Below the pieces are notes generated by a model. That model was not told the origin of the DNA. It searched no databases and saw only the letters and a program-made list of their open reading frames with translations. A stretch of 44,427 bases of DNA from Macrostomum lignano (lineage: Eukaryota), in assembly GCA_002269645.1 (NCBI GenBank), contig NIVC01000533.1, forward strand, positions 1 to 44,427, in the 5' to 3' direction. The position numbers were made by a program, and so were the translations under genes. Each line of letters begins with the position of its first letter. Within the stretch, counting starts at the first letter, position 1. Positions 11,945 through 23,484 of the stretch are shown one piece after another.

Positions 11945-12738
11945 TGTCACATTCTGTAAGTGTTGTGCCCGGGTGCACTTGCACCAATGAGCAACCTCTG
12001 GCTCTCGGTCAAGTGTGCCAGGCAACCACCCCCCATTCTGTTGGCGTCAACCTCCCCATTCTGTCTGCGTCAACCCCCCCATTCTGTTTGCGTCAACCTC
12101 CCCATTCTGTCTGCGTCAACCCCCCCATTCTGTCTGCGTCAACCCCCCCATTCTGTCTGCGTCAACCCCCCCCATTCTGTCTGCGTCAACCCCCCATTCT
12201 GTCTGCGTCAACCCCCCCCCATTCTGTCTGCGTCAACCCCCCTATTCTGTCTGCGTCAACCCCCCCCCCATTCTGTTTGCGTCAACCCCCCCATTCTGTC
12301 TGCGTCAACCCCCCCCATTCTGTCTGCGTCAACCCCCCATTCTGTCTGCGTCAACCCCCCATTCTGTTTGCGTCAACCCCCCCCCATTCTGTCTGCGTCA
12401 AGCCCCCCATTCTGTCTGCGTCAACCCCCCCATTCTGTCTGCGTCAACCCCCCCATTCTGTCTGCGTCAACCCCCCCATTCTGTCTGCGTCAACCCCCCC
12501 CCCCATTCTGTTTGCGTCAACCCCCCCCCATTCTGTCTGCGTCAACCCCCCATTCTTTTTGCATCAACCCCCCTCCAGTTGCACCCACCCCACTGTCTGT
12601 TATGCCAGCCGGCTTTGGCTGGCTGCAGCTCCAGTGTGCCCCCTGGCTTGCCCTGTGATTGGCTGGTGGTCCAGCCAATCGGTTTGTATTCTTTCCCCCT
12701 TCCAATTGCGACCCTGACTTTGTAACTTTTATAAGACA
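11945..12738. mobile_element. Candidate solo LTR containing an internal minisatellite
   Basis: TGTC...GACA termini; flanks GTTGT (11940-11944) and ATTGT (12739-12743) match 4 of 5. GC-richer than the flanks and contains CCAAT motifs. No clear polyA signal. Confidence 0.35.
12030..12572. repeat. ~22-nt minisatellite GTCAA(C)nATTCTGTCTGC
   Basis: About 23 copies with variable C-run. Confidence 0.95.
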
Positions 12739-12767
12739 ATTGTAATTTTGGCTAGCTGGGCCTGGTG

Positions 12768-14357
12768 TAGGCATTCCAATCCCGGGATCCTAGGATTTAG
12801 CCTCAAAACACGGGATTTCAATCCTGGGATTTTTTGGGACTTGAAATTTCAGGATTTATGATCCTCAGGATTACAACAGTGCAGGATTGGGATCCCGGGA
12901 TTGTTTCGGGATTCAAACTGATTTTAATTCTCTTTTTTTCAACTAATCATGTAAAATTTGAAAAAAAGGTTCTACTTTAAAAATATAAAATAATACAACT
13001 ACAGCCTGCATGTCTGTATCGAAATCACACATAAAAAGCAGCAAAATTTGTTACAGCAGTTTGTTAAGCAGAAATTTTTTTTTGTTTTTGTAAGGTGTAA
13101 TTTAATTTCACATGTTCCTCAGTTGCCTGATGTCTAACACTGTAATGTGGCATTAAACATGACATTCACTTTGATAATTTACATTGATATTGCATAGCTA
13201 GCTATACAACCTATATTAAAACAAGTTATTATTGTTGTAATCAATTATTATCAATTATCTTTTATAGATAAATATTATTTATTATTATTAAACAATTTTC
13301 TATTTCTACTTGTACAATAACTAAGCAAAGAGAAGTTTATTGTATAAATATACCAGTTTGGACCATTAGCTATCATTATAAATATCATACTTTAGTGATG
13401 TATCGAAATTCGATTTCGATTTCAATATTCCAAATTTTGAAACTAATTAAAATTGCATCGAAATAATTTTGATTTCGAATTTCAAAACCATTCATCAAAA
13501 ATAATTTTGAAATTTTGGTTATATTTTAACAATTTAGACATTAATGATCATGCTACACAAGTAAGAAAATCTATAGGAAGTGAAAGGAAGTGCGGTTCAA
13601 AGACTCAGTGAGGAGGTGAGAATCACCTTTTCTACAAGAAAAGATTGTACGGGGCACACACTGTTCCAGGCCTTGTGCTGCACCCACCTCAACCTCCACA
13701 AGCCCACTGGCTGAACTCATCGGCATGAATTTTAATTGGCTAAAGACTTAAAGCCTTAATGAAATGGATATAGGCTACTCATATCTAGATCTTCAGCTTA
13801 AACAGTGGTGAAGTATAATACAACTTCTACTATATTTCTATGTACGAGTGTATAATACATAATACACCAGCATTTTCTATTTCATATTCTTAAAGTAAGT
13901 TAAATCTTAAGTATTCTGGTTTAAACATATCAAACATACTTTTTATAAAACATGTAAGCTCATACATGCAGAGGCAAGGTGTTAACCTTTTTGCATGATT
14001 AGCGAAAAAGTAAAAATTTGATAAACTTAAAAAAATTCAATTTCAATTTTGATTTCAATTTTGATTTCAATTCTAAGGAACTGAAAATTTTGATTTCGAT
14101 TTCGATTTGAAAAATAATTTCGATCCATCACTATTATAATTATACTTTGTGGTTGTGGTGGAAGCTGGATGCAGATGTTTCAATACATTTGATATCAAGA
14201 TCCCGGGATCCTAGGATTTTTTGAACTTCAAAGCGGGATCCTAGGATTACTCTCAGTTGGGATTTTTTGGGATTAGTGATCCCAGGATTTTAAACCATTG
14301 GGATTTCAAGATTTTTCAATCCTGGGATTGTAAATTGTCGGGATTTTGGAATCTCTA
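12768..14357. mobile_element. Non-autonomous hAT-type DNA transposon, 1590 bp
   Basis: Imperfect TIR (TAGGCATTCCAATCCCG vs TAGAGATTCCAAAATCCCG). 8-bp TSD GCCTGGTG/GCCTGGTA. Dense GGGAT/GGATT subterminal repeats at both ends. No transposase ORF. Confidence 0.75.
13393..14133. mobile_element. hAT-type MITE, 741 bp, nested in the 12768-14357 element
   Basis: 18-bp TIR TAGTGATG(T/G)ATCGAAATT with one mismatch. Degenerate 8-bp TSD TCATACTT/TTATAATT. GATTTC subterminal repeats at both ends. Confidence 0.7.
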
Positions 14358-16703
14358 GCCTGGTATAGCAATACCCCAGGGCTTAACCAGCTAGCATAAA
14401 TATAAATGTATGCAGGAGTGGTGGTAGGGGAGGCATCTTTTTGGTTGAATTGTGCAAGACACAGCCATAAGTGATGCCATCTTTAGCTTGTTCACTGTGA
14501 TAATCAGAGTCACAATCAATAGTCACAATAATAATAATACACATCTCTTGGCTAAGAAATTGCTTATTGCTCATTGCTAAAAGGATTAAATATAAAAACA
14601 TGCCTTTTTATATATATCAAACAGACATTTTGACTTGAAGTAAATTGTAAAAATGCTAGAGAAAAAACTGACTGACTGAATTCTAATTATAATAAAGATT
14701 GCATTACAATAGGCTTTTAATATATAAGCCTAGCCTTATTGGCTAAATTGAGGGTCCAATCAATTCATTTGTGTGCGGATAAGCAGAAAATTATTCCCAC
14801 GGCATATGTAGAAGATGGGGCAGCTATCTTGTCAATGTGCCATGCAGATATGCAGAAATTATTCCCACAGTACCATTGGAATAAGACAGAAATTATTCCT
14901 ATGGTACTGTGGGAATAAGCACTGCCTTCATGAAAATTGGTTGAACTATTTTTCTAGAGTCAATTACATACCTACTTAACTAAAATAGATAGATACAAGT
15001 CATTCTTAGCATATAGGATAGGCCCTACAATACAATTATGCCCATATCAACAAAAAAATAAATAATTAGTAGGCATAACTGTGCTATTTCTTTTCATTTG
15101 TTTCTATTTTCATTTTCATTTTCATTTCTTTGTTGATTTATAAATTTTTGTAAAATTTTAGCCACCATATTTTTTTTAAATGTAAGCCATAGGGTGTACT
15201 GAAAAAAAGGTTTGAAAAATTATTTAAGCCAATTAAGCCAAAGGTAACATTAACAATTATGAGTTGATTTTTCATAGCAATGATAATGCTGAAGATGCAA
15301 CATTTAAATACTAAAGCAATTTATAAGCCAATAAATGTAATTGTAAAATGGAAAGCTTCAGATTTCCTGGGTTTACTTCTAAACGTCAGTTCGAAAAAAA
15401 TGTAACCCACAAGACCCAGTCACTATACACCCACTATAGGCTCGTTGATTCCTGTAAACTACTTGACAAGGTGTATTTTTAAAATAATGCACGTGCACTG
15501 TGATTAAAACAAATTTAGTTTAGTTTTATTTTAATAAAATTTAGAAAGGAAAAATCAAGATAGCAGTCAATTAGTTACTATTGTTACTAGAAAAATACAT
15601 ATTTTTAAAAAAATTTATGTTAGTGCAGGACAAAATATTTTTTAAGAATAATACCTTCAAAGAGCTCTTGAGAGCAATTCTACATTTAGCTATGCATGTA
15701 TCAAAGATATTTTCCATGCATCAAGTAACATATACATAAAATAAAATGTAGCTCGTATATGCAAATGAAGTTGCCCTTTGTGTTACAGTGAATTAATTGG
15801 CTTTAATCTGATCAATGATCATAATAATGTATATTATACTTCAAATGGTTCCACCATAAATAAAATTCTCAACGTACCCATGGGGTCGCTTTCGCATACT
15901 ATAGAAATTTCACATTGTCGAAGTCAGCAAATTCGTAAGCTTGAGCTTCAAAAGCCTGAAATTTCTAAATCTTCAATCGTCATATAGTTGTTTATTGTTA
16001 AAGTTGTGAGCTAGCGACAGTGACTATAGCAAATGTTCGACAATGTTAATTTTTTTATTTGACTTCCTATACGATGAGAAATTTCAAAATTTCCAGAATA
16101 GATACAGTTGAGGAGCTCAACTACAGAGCGTTCAATGAATGGAATTGAAGTTGCATGTGGTACGTGTACAATTATGTACGTACAAAATGTACACATACAT
16201 GTAGAACGCTGTTTATTCAAGACTGAACGAGGGCACTGCATGTCCACGACAATATCATTTATTCAGTATCATTTATTTATTCAACAATCACTTGACTGTG
16301 AGAGCATAGCCAGTGTGTAAATATAGTTCACATACAATTGCTATATTGGAATCGAGGAGGAGGGCTCGAGCTACATGTAATTTATTTGAAATTAAATTGA
16401 AAATCAAGTTGTTCGTCATGATTCGTCAGATTTCTTATAATGTAATTTCATCTACAGGTTATACTTTAGTTCATTCAGCCGCTTTTTTCATCGATTAGGC
16501 GTAGGGAAAGATATAAATACTACTGTAGAGCCGCCCGTACAGCAATCCGACTTCGAGTAAACGTCGACGGACGTCGGAATGTTGCTCAGGCTTAATTGGA
16601 CGCAGGTGCAAAATTATACGCGCGTAAATAATTAAAAACGGCTGCAAACGTGTACATTTGCATGTTAATTTTCTCAAAACGCCATATGGATTAAGTCCAA
16701 GTC

Positions 16704-18368
16704 CTAGGGTGCCGCTTTCGACTGCTTTATCTCCAATGCCCGGGAATTCGGCGGGGTTTTGTCCACATCGTACGCGCTCAGCCGGCTTATAATTGTCTCG
16801 AGCTCTGCTTTGGTGACGCCCGGCTTTCCCTGACTGCCACCGTTCGAGCCCCGATAGAAATCGTAGCGATTCTGTCCCAGCTCGTGTCGACCGACCCGCG
16901 ACTCGACGGGCCAGCGGCTGAAGTCGCACTGCTGCAGCCGGTTGAAAATCTCTCGAGCCTCGGCTTCGCTCACTGTCCGGTGGCTGTGCTTTGGCTGCTG
17001 CTGGTTGTCATTTCGACGAACGTCCTGGCGTAGGCGCTGAACTATGGCGTCAACATCGGCTGCTGAACGCTTTTGCTGCTGCTGCTGCTGCTGCTGCTGG
17101 TCCTGAGATGATGACTCATCTTCTACATGATAGTCGTACCTGTGAAATTTACATGCAGGCTATTGGACGATTTTGACATAATTTAGTGCAGCTGCATACA
17201 AGCTGTGATTATTGAAGCATGTGAAAGTATTCACAGCAAATTGTGACGCCAGAATCCATAAATTTCAGGCGCTCTAAGCACAACACTGACCCAACTATCT
17301 AACGCTCTAAGCACAACACTGACCCAACAACAATCTATCGAACGCTCTAAGCACAACACTGACCCAACTATCTAACGCTCTAAGCACAACACTGACCCAA
17401 CTATCTAACGCTCTAAGCACAACACTGACCCAACTATCTAACGCTCCAAGCACAATACTGACCCAACTATCTAACGCTCTAAGCACAACACTGACCCAAC
17501 TATCTAACGCTCCAAGCACAATACTGACCCAACTATCTAACGCTCCAAGCACAATACTGACCCAACTATCTAACGCTCCAAGCACAATACTGACCCAACT
17601 ATCTAACGCTCTAAGCACAACACTGACCCAACTATCTAACGCTCCAAGCACAATACTGACCCAACTATCTAACGCTCTAAGCACAACACTGACCCAACTA
17701 TCTAACGCTCTAAGCACAACACTGACCCAACTATCTAACGCTCTAAGCACAATACTGACCCAACTATCTAACGCTCTAAGCACAACACTGACCCAACTAT
17801 CTAACGCTCTAAGCACAACACTGACCCAACTATCTAACGCTCTAAGCACAACACTGACCCAACTATCTAACGCTCTAAGCACAATACTGACCCAACTATC
17901 TAACGCTCTAAGCACAACACTGACCCAACTATCTAACGCTCTAAGCACAACACTGACCCAACTATCTAACGCTCTAAGCACAACACTGACCCAACTATCT
18001 AACGCTCTAAGCACAATACTGACCCAACTATCTAACGCTCTAAGCACAACACTGACCCAACTATCTAACGCTCCAAGCACAATACTGAGACAACTATCTA
18101 CTTAATAATTTGATTTGCTGTTCTACATAATCCTAACCAAACTACGAGTATTTAACGCTCCCAAACTCAACTCGGGCCAAACCCAAGCTATGACCCTATC
18201 GGAACTCCATCCTTAACCCAGCAATCTGCAAAGCCGATGCTGCATCACCTGCACCCTAGATGATAGAGCCACTGCCAAATCGCACCTGCCAAACTGAAGC
18301 TGTCGTCGATGCTTCCTGGATTCTGGCGGACTCTTCTTGTCGCTGCTCAGCCTCTCGTATACTGACAT
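16704..18368 (-). CDS. Uncharacterised 172-aa protein with internal RL..D..P[P/V][E/N]SR repeats; two exons
   Basis: Exon 1 18368-18286 (gccgccATG context, donor AG|GTGCGA). Exon 2 17139-16704 (acceptor tttcacag|G). Phase 2 on both sides; 519 nt total, open to TAG. Begins MSVYERLSSDKKSPPESRKHRRQLQFGRYDYHVEDESSSQDQQQ. Confidence 0.75.
17272..18100. repeat. 33-nt minisatellite CTAAGCACAACACTGACCCAACTATCTAACGCT in the intron of the 172-aa gene
   Basis: About 25 copies. Confidence 0.95.
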
Positions 18369-19659
18369 GGCGGCTAAAGGAAATTCAAATTGAGCTCTTG
18401 GACAAAAAACTTTTTTGTTTTATAGCCGTTTTTGCGTAGTCCAACTTGAAATAAGATTGCCTGAGACTTGAGACCCCCATTGGTGCTAATTACTCAAACT
18501 GTGTCGTTAAAAAAGTTTTCTATGTAGTCTGGTGTATGGCTTCACCATGCACCGAGTTTCTGTGTGTGTGCTCAACAGTCCTCAAACTGCGCACTGAAGT
18601 GTCTAGCAATTATTTGCCTATCGTTCTCCACTGCTCACTTCAAAAGCAGCCTTCAAACGGGGGGCAGCCACAACGACTACCACAAAGATCGAGTGAGTTC
18701 GTGCAAAAGGCTACCCGAACTCGGGTACAGAAGGCAGAATACTCAAACCCTCTCATTGCATCGGGCATCGTTAAGCACGAATTTAATGAACTGCCTGCAT
18801 GGCGAATAAGTGGACCGGCCTGTCTTCTAAAAGCAATTTTATCGCAGCTTTTGAGCAGCAGAGCACTAAATGCCGGCCTCTATAAAATAATTATTATGGC
18901 TCTATCATGCACTTAGAGCAGTGAACTAGTACAGCAGTACACTTCCTAGGCTTAGCCTTGGATATGACGAACATTTATCACCCATATCGCACACATTATC
19001 TGCATCTTTTTAGGCTTTTAAACTTATGCGACTGCATTGGGCTTCGAAATGCACTTTTATCTAGTAAGCTAAGAACTTACGAGCTAGTAACAGACAAATG
19101 AGAACTGTCCATTCTGGACAACTGGACAAACAATTGAATTATTTATTTTTGTTCCCCGGGTTTGGTCTGCGATCGGTGAGTGCTTGCTTGAGCAGGTGTG
19201 CACCGGTGCTTGGAGGAGGCGACTGGGGTTGGTTGGGAGTAGAAACAAATATTTGTACGAGGAAACTTCTCCTGCTAGATTAGACGCAGGGAGTTTGGGT
19301 GGAGCTTGACTGGTGCAACGGGTAGCAACTACAGGTGAGTTGCCTGTTCACAGATGCCATTCAAACTTATATGCAGCTAAAAACCCACTTTTTACGAAAA
19401 TCGAAATTCTCTTAATTAATTATGATAAAGGAAAAGAGTGGAAAAATTACAATTACATTGTGAATGGCTAATGAAACAGAAATTGCAATTGCAATGCAAA
19501 TCAATTTAAAAAATTACAGAACAGGGGGGGGCACTATGATAATAACGAAAAATCAATATCTCAATAAATAAATAATGAAAATTAATCTAGGAATTCAGGG
19601 TGCAGCATAACCTAGAATTATCGGTTTGGTGTTTAGTGACAAAAGAATTATGTCAATAT

Positions 19660-19839
19660 CAGGGACTACTCAAACACCGGGACGGGAAACTAAATTTTTT
19701 ATACGAGGCTGGCTGGCAATTATTTTCATTAGAGAGATGCTGTGTTACTTTTTTGTCTATGGTTATTTTCTACTGCTGATGATAGACCAGCCTCGTAAAA
19801 AAATCCTAGTTTCCCGTCCCGGTGTTTGAGTAGTCCCTG
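19660..19839. mobile_element. hAT-type MITE, 180 bp
   Basis: TIR CAGGGACTACTCAAACACCGGGACGGGAAACTA (33 bp perfect, about 53 bp imperfect). Perfect 8-bp TSD GTCAATAT at 19652-19659 and 19840-19847. Confidence 0.9.
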
Positions 19840-20079
19840 GTCAATATATAACAAATATTGTTGGATGTTGAGGTATTAACGATGTGTGATGTACATGCAG
19901 CTGCTATTTATAGAGAAGCCAATGACTTCAAAGCATTGAGTCATGTAAATCGAATGACCGGGGCCAAGCATATACACAATATATAGTGATAAATGGATAG
20001 ATTGATAGATGTAAAGACAGCAATAATATTTCCATTAATTTTCATTTTGAGTGCGAGTGTTTTAAGGTGAGGTTTTGGG

Positions 20080-20345
20080 GTAGTGGTCTTTGGGGTGGCG
20101 GTCTATGGGATGGTAGTCTATTGGGTGGCGGTCTATAGGGTGGCAGTCGATGGGGTGGCGGTCTATGGGGTGTGCGGTCGATGGGGTGGCGGTCTATGAG
20201 GTGGCGGTCGATGGGGTGGCGGTCGATGGGGTGGCGGTCGATGGGGTGGCGGTCGATGAGGTGGCGGTCGATTGGGTGGCGGTCTATGAGGTGGCGTTCG
20301 ATGGGGTGGCGGTCGATCGGGTGGCGGTCTTTGGACTGGCGGTTT
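20080..20345. repeat. 15-nt minisatellite GGGGTGGCGGTCGAT, 3' of the GPCR
   Basis: About 16 copies. Confidence 0.9.
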
Positions 20346-20467
20346 TTGGCTGCTTATTTACAAAGGCAATGCGTAAGTACTTTAGCGATGTAAATCCTCA
20401 TTCGCACTGCCTCAGCTACTTTGAACAATCCATCGCTAAGAAATAAGTAATTATTAATCTCAATCAG

Positions 20468-22565
20468 TCACACTCTGCAGGTGTCCTCTCTGACCAGCTG
20501 TCGCGACTCGCTCGCACCTCGCGATCTGGCCTCCAGGCCGATGCCGCTGCTGGCCTCATCTCGCTGGCCGCACCCGAAGCAGCAGGAGAACAGCTCGGCC
20601 GCCTCCCTGCGGAACAGCGGATTCCCGACGCAGTAGAGCAGAAAGTTGCAGCAGTGATTGGCGAACTGCAGCATCAGCAAGGCTGTCCAGACCACCCTGT
20701 ATAAGTAGTAGTCGCTCTCTGACAGATTGTCCGACTGGGGATGCGGGCCGCCCAGGCAGGTAAGGTAGAGCTTCACCGGCGATGTCAAAGCAACGAATGC
20801 GAAGCTGGTGAGCAGCAGCATGACGGTGGTTCGGTAGTTGGCCAGCTTGGACTGGCCGGAGCCGAGCATTGAGTCCCGGCGTACGGCCCTCAGCTTAACC
20901 AAAATGCACGCATTGCAGCCCAGAATGATTAGGAACGGTCCAAAAGCGGTGAGCGCCAAGTCTATCTGAGGGAACACTCGCTCGACAAAGTACTGATAGT
21001 TCTCGGAGTTCTCGCAAGATCTGCGCCAGCCCAGTGGCGCGGTGGAGTTCACGACTAAATGCCGGGTGACCAGAAAGTGCAAATTGCAGCCTACAAGGCA
21101 GACGAATCCTGTGGACATGATGATTGCCAGTCCGCGTCTAGACACTAGGAACGCTCGCGCCCAGTTGCCAGGGGAGATGCACACAGCGGCGAATCGCTCC
21201 ACGGCTACTAGAGCTACCAACCAGGAGGCCACCATCAGGCTGAGGTAGAGTGACAGTTCGTGCAGCTTGCAGCACAAGCCGCAGGTCACCTGAGGATCCA
21301 ATGCGTTGCCGAAGCGACTTTTAAAGTAGGCCGCCTTGCGCAGCCAATGACGCAACGGTCCGGTAAGAAGGGCCAGAGAGTCTACGATTGCCAGGACCGA
21401 AAGTGGAAGATGCACCACCTTGTTTGTTTGGGAGTGTGGGCGTTTTTGCATTCATTTGAGCTTCACCATTGTATGATGAGCTTCACACAACAATAAAAAC
21501 AGCAGAAATTGTCAGGGAAGACAGTAAAGATACAGAGAGCACTCGTCCCTGAGAAGACCCATCAGCACTCATCCCTGAAGACACAACAGCACTCGTCGTC
21601 ACTGAAGACTTATCACCACTCGTCACTGAAGACCAATCAGCACTCATCCCGGAAGACGCATTAGCACTCATCCCGGAAGACGCTCTTCACTGAAGACACA
21701 ACAGCACTCGTCACTGAAGACACAACAGCACTCGTTAATGAAGACCCATCAGCACTCGTCAATGAAGACTCAACAGCACTCGTCAATGAAGACTCATCAC
21801 CACTCGTCACTGAAGACTCATCAGCACTCGTCACTGAAGACTCATCACCACTCGTCACTGAAGACTCATCAGCACTCGTCAATGAAGACTCATCAGCACT
21901 CGTCAATGAAGACACAACAGCACTCGTCACTGAAGACACAACAGCACTCGTCACTGAAGACACAACAGCACTCGTCACTGAAGACTCATCACCACTCGTC
22001 ACTGAAGACTCATCAGCACTCGTCAATGAAGACTCATCAGCACTCGTCAATGAAGACACAACAGCACTCGTCACTGAAGACACAACAGCACTCGTCACTG
22101 AAGACACAACAGCACTCGTCACTGAAGACTCATCACCACTCGTCACTGAAGACTCAACAGCATCACTGAAGACCCATCAGCACTCGTCAATGAAGACTCA
22201 ACAGCATCACTGAAGACCCATCAGCACTCGTCAATGAAGACTCAACAGCATCACTGAAGACCCATCAGCACTCGTCAATGAAGACTCAACAGCATCACTG
22301 AAGACCCATCAGCACTCGTCACTAAAAGCAAACCAGCTCGGTCGCCAACCTGTGATCGCCGAATCCTGGGCCGCAGCAGCACCAGCAAGGCGCAGAAGTT
22401 GCAGGCCAGACCGCACAGGATGAGAATCGGAGGCAAGCAGCTCCACATAGCCGAATGAAGCTGTCGCTTCCACAGCCAGTCCATCGGCCGCGGTGTCTCG
22501 CTGATGTTGCCGACTTCGATGCTGTCATTGATGCTGCTAGCTTGCTCAGATATTTTTGACAGCAT
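20468..22565 (-). CDS. Class A (rhodopsin-like) GPCR, FMRFamide/peptide-receptor-like, ~388 aa; two exons
   Basis: Exon 1 22565-22350 (N-terminus with NDS/NIS sequons plus TM1; donor CAG|GTTGGC). Exon 2 21418-20468. Seven hydrophobic segments, TM2 LAIVD, TM3 VAVERFAAV, TM5 FGPF, TM6 FVALTSP, TM7 NHCCNFLLY. Confidence 0.9.
21537..22322. repeat. 24-nt minisatellite CAGCACTCGTCACTGAAGACTCAT in the GPCR intron
   Basis: About 32 copies with variants. Confidence 0.95.
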
Positions 22566-22904
22566 CGTCCGGCTAGGATTTTAAGGCATGAGTAATTCGC
22601 AGTTAAGCACAGATTTTCCGTAGGAAATCCGGCGTTGAAATACCTGAGAAGGATCTGGATTCAACCCTGCAATGACCCTCGGACTAAGCTGACTGCAAAT
22701 CAGAGATTCCAATTTCTACCCCCCCCGTGTTTGGTTTATAACTGTACAGCACTATATTGTGTGTATCCTTGAATTGGCTGTGCGTTAACAGGAGTAGCAT
22801 GATTTCTTTGTTAAAATAAATAGGAATTTGTTAAAATTGACTAAAATTTACGACTTAGTGAGTTCAACTAGCATTTTGTAAGATTAATTTTCTAAACGAA
22901 ACTG

Positions 22905-23054
22905 TCGTGGAAGTGAGGGACCCCTGGTTCGATTCCGTGAGCGGCCCGCATTCATGTGGGGCTTGTGCACACAAAAATGGGTTGGTGGGTTGTCCTACGA
23001 TTCACACTCAGAAGGGCCAACCCCCGAAGACACAGAGAGTGTACATGCCTGACC
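22905..23054 (+). mobile_element. Truncated or diverged SINE related to 42159-42511
   Basis: B box GGTTCGATTCC at 22926-22936. Shares the TGGGGCT block and GCCAACCCCC.AAG.C.CAG..AGTGTACATGCCT with the 42159 copy. Confidence 0.65.
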
Positions 23055-23484
23055 TTCTGCATAATACGTACTCAAAGCCTGATTGATTTACCGCTAAACT
23101 TCCCGAACCCGAAAGAATGATCAATTGTGGCACAATGCTTCGCAGACTTTTGTGTACTCAAGCGCGTTTTTCTTCCCGGCCAGATTGACGAGAAAAAAAA
23201 GCAGAAATTTCTGTTAGCTCTTCCATTAGCGACACTTGGCTCCCGGAGTTGCTGCCTGCTTTGTTCAGCCTATAGGCAGCCAAATCATGATTTGCCAGTG
23301 CGCATTGCTGAGCACCGAGGTGATAAATGTGTCAATAATGGCTGTCTTTGTGGACTGGATAGGATGGGTATTGGGGCGAGTTTAGCAAATGGTTGTAAAA
23401 TAGGTTTTTTCGATGACAGATTGGCACCGGCTGCAGACTAATTTTTGCACCTCCGTGCTCTACTAGCATGCATAGCCATTGGTA

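Noticed and set aside
14383-14601. 72-aa ORF as an upstream exon of the NOL8-like gene
   Set aside because: AT-rich, no RRM or other motif, no convincing splice sites.
15890-16070. Partial inverted repeat (CACATTGTCGAA / TTCGACAATGT)
   Set aside because: Short and imperfect with no TSD; at best a decayed MITE remnant.
16495-16929. 144-aa ORF overlapping the 172-aa gene in another frame
   Set aside because: Alternative frame running into the AT-rich 3' region. The repeat motif and splice phase support the other frame.
18536-18916. 126-aa plus-strand ORF
   Set aside because: No motifs, no splice or codon support, intergenic composition.
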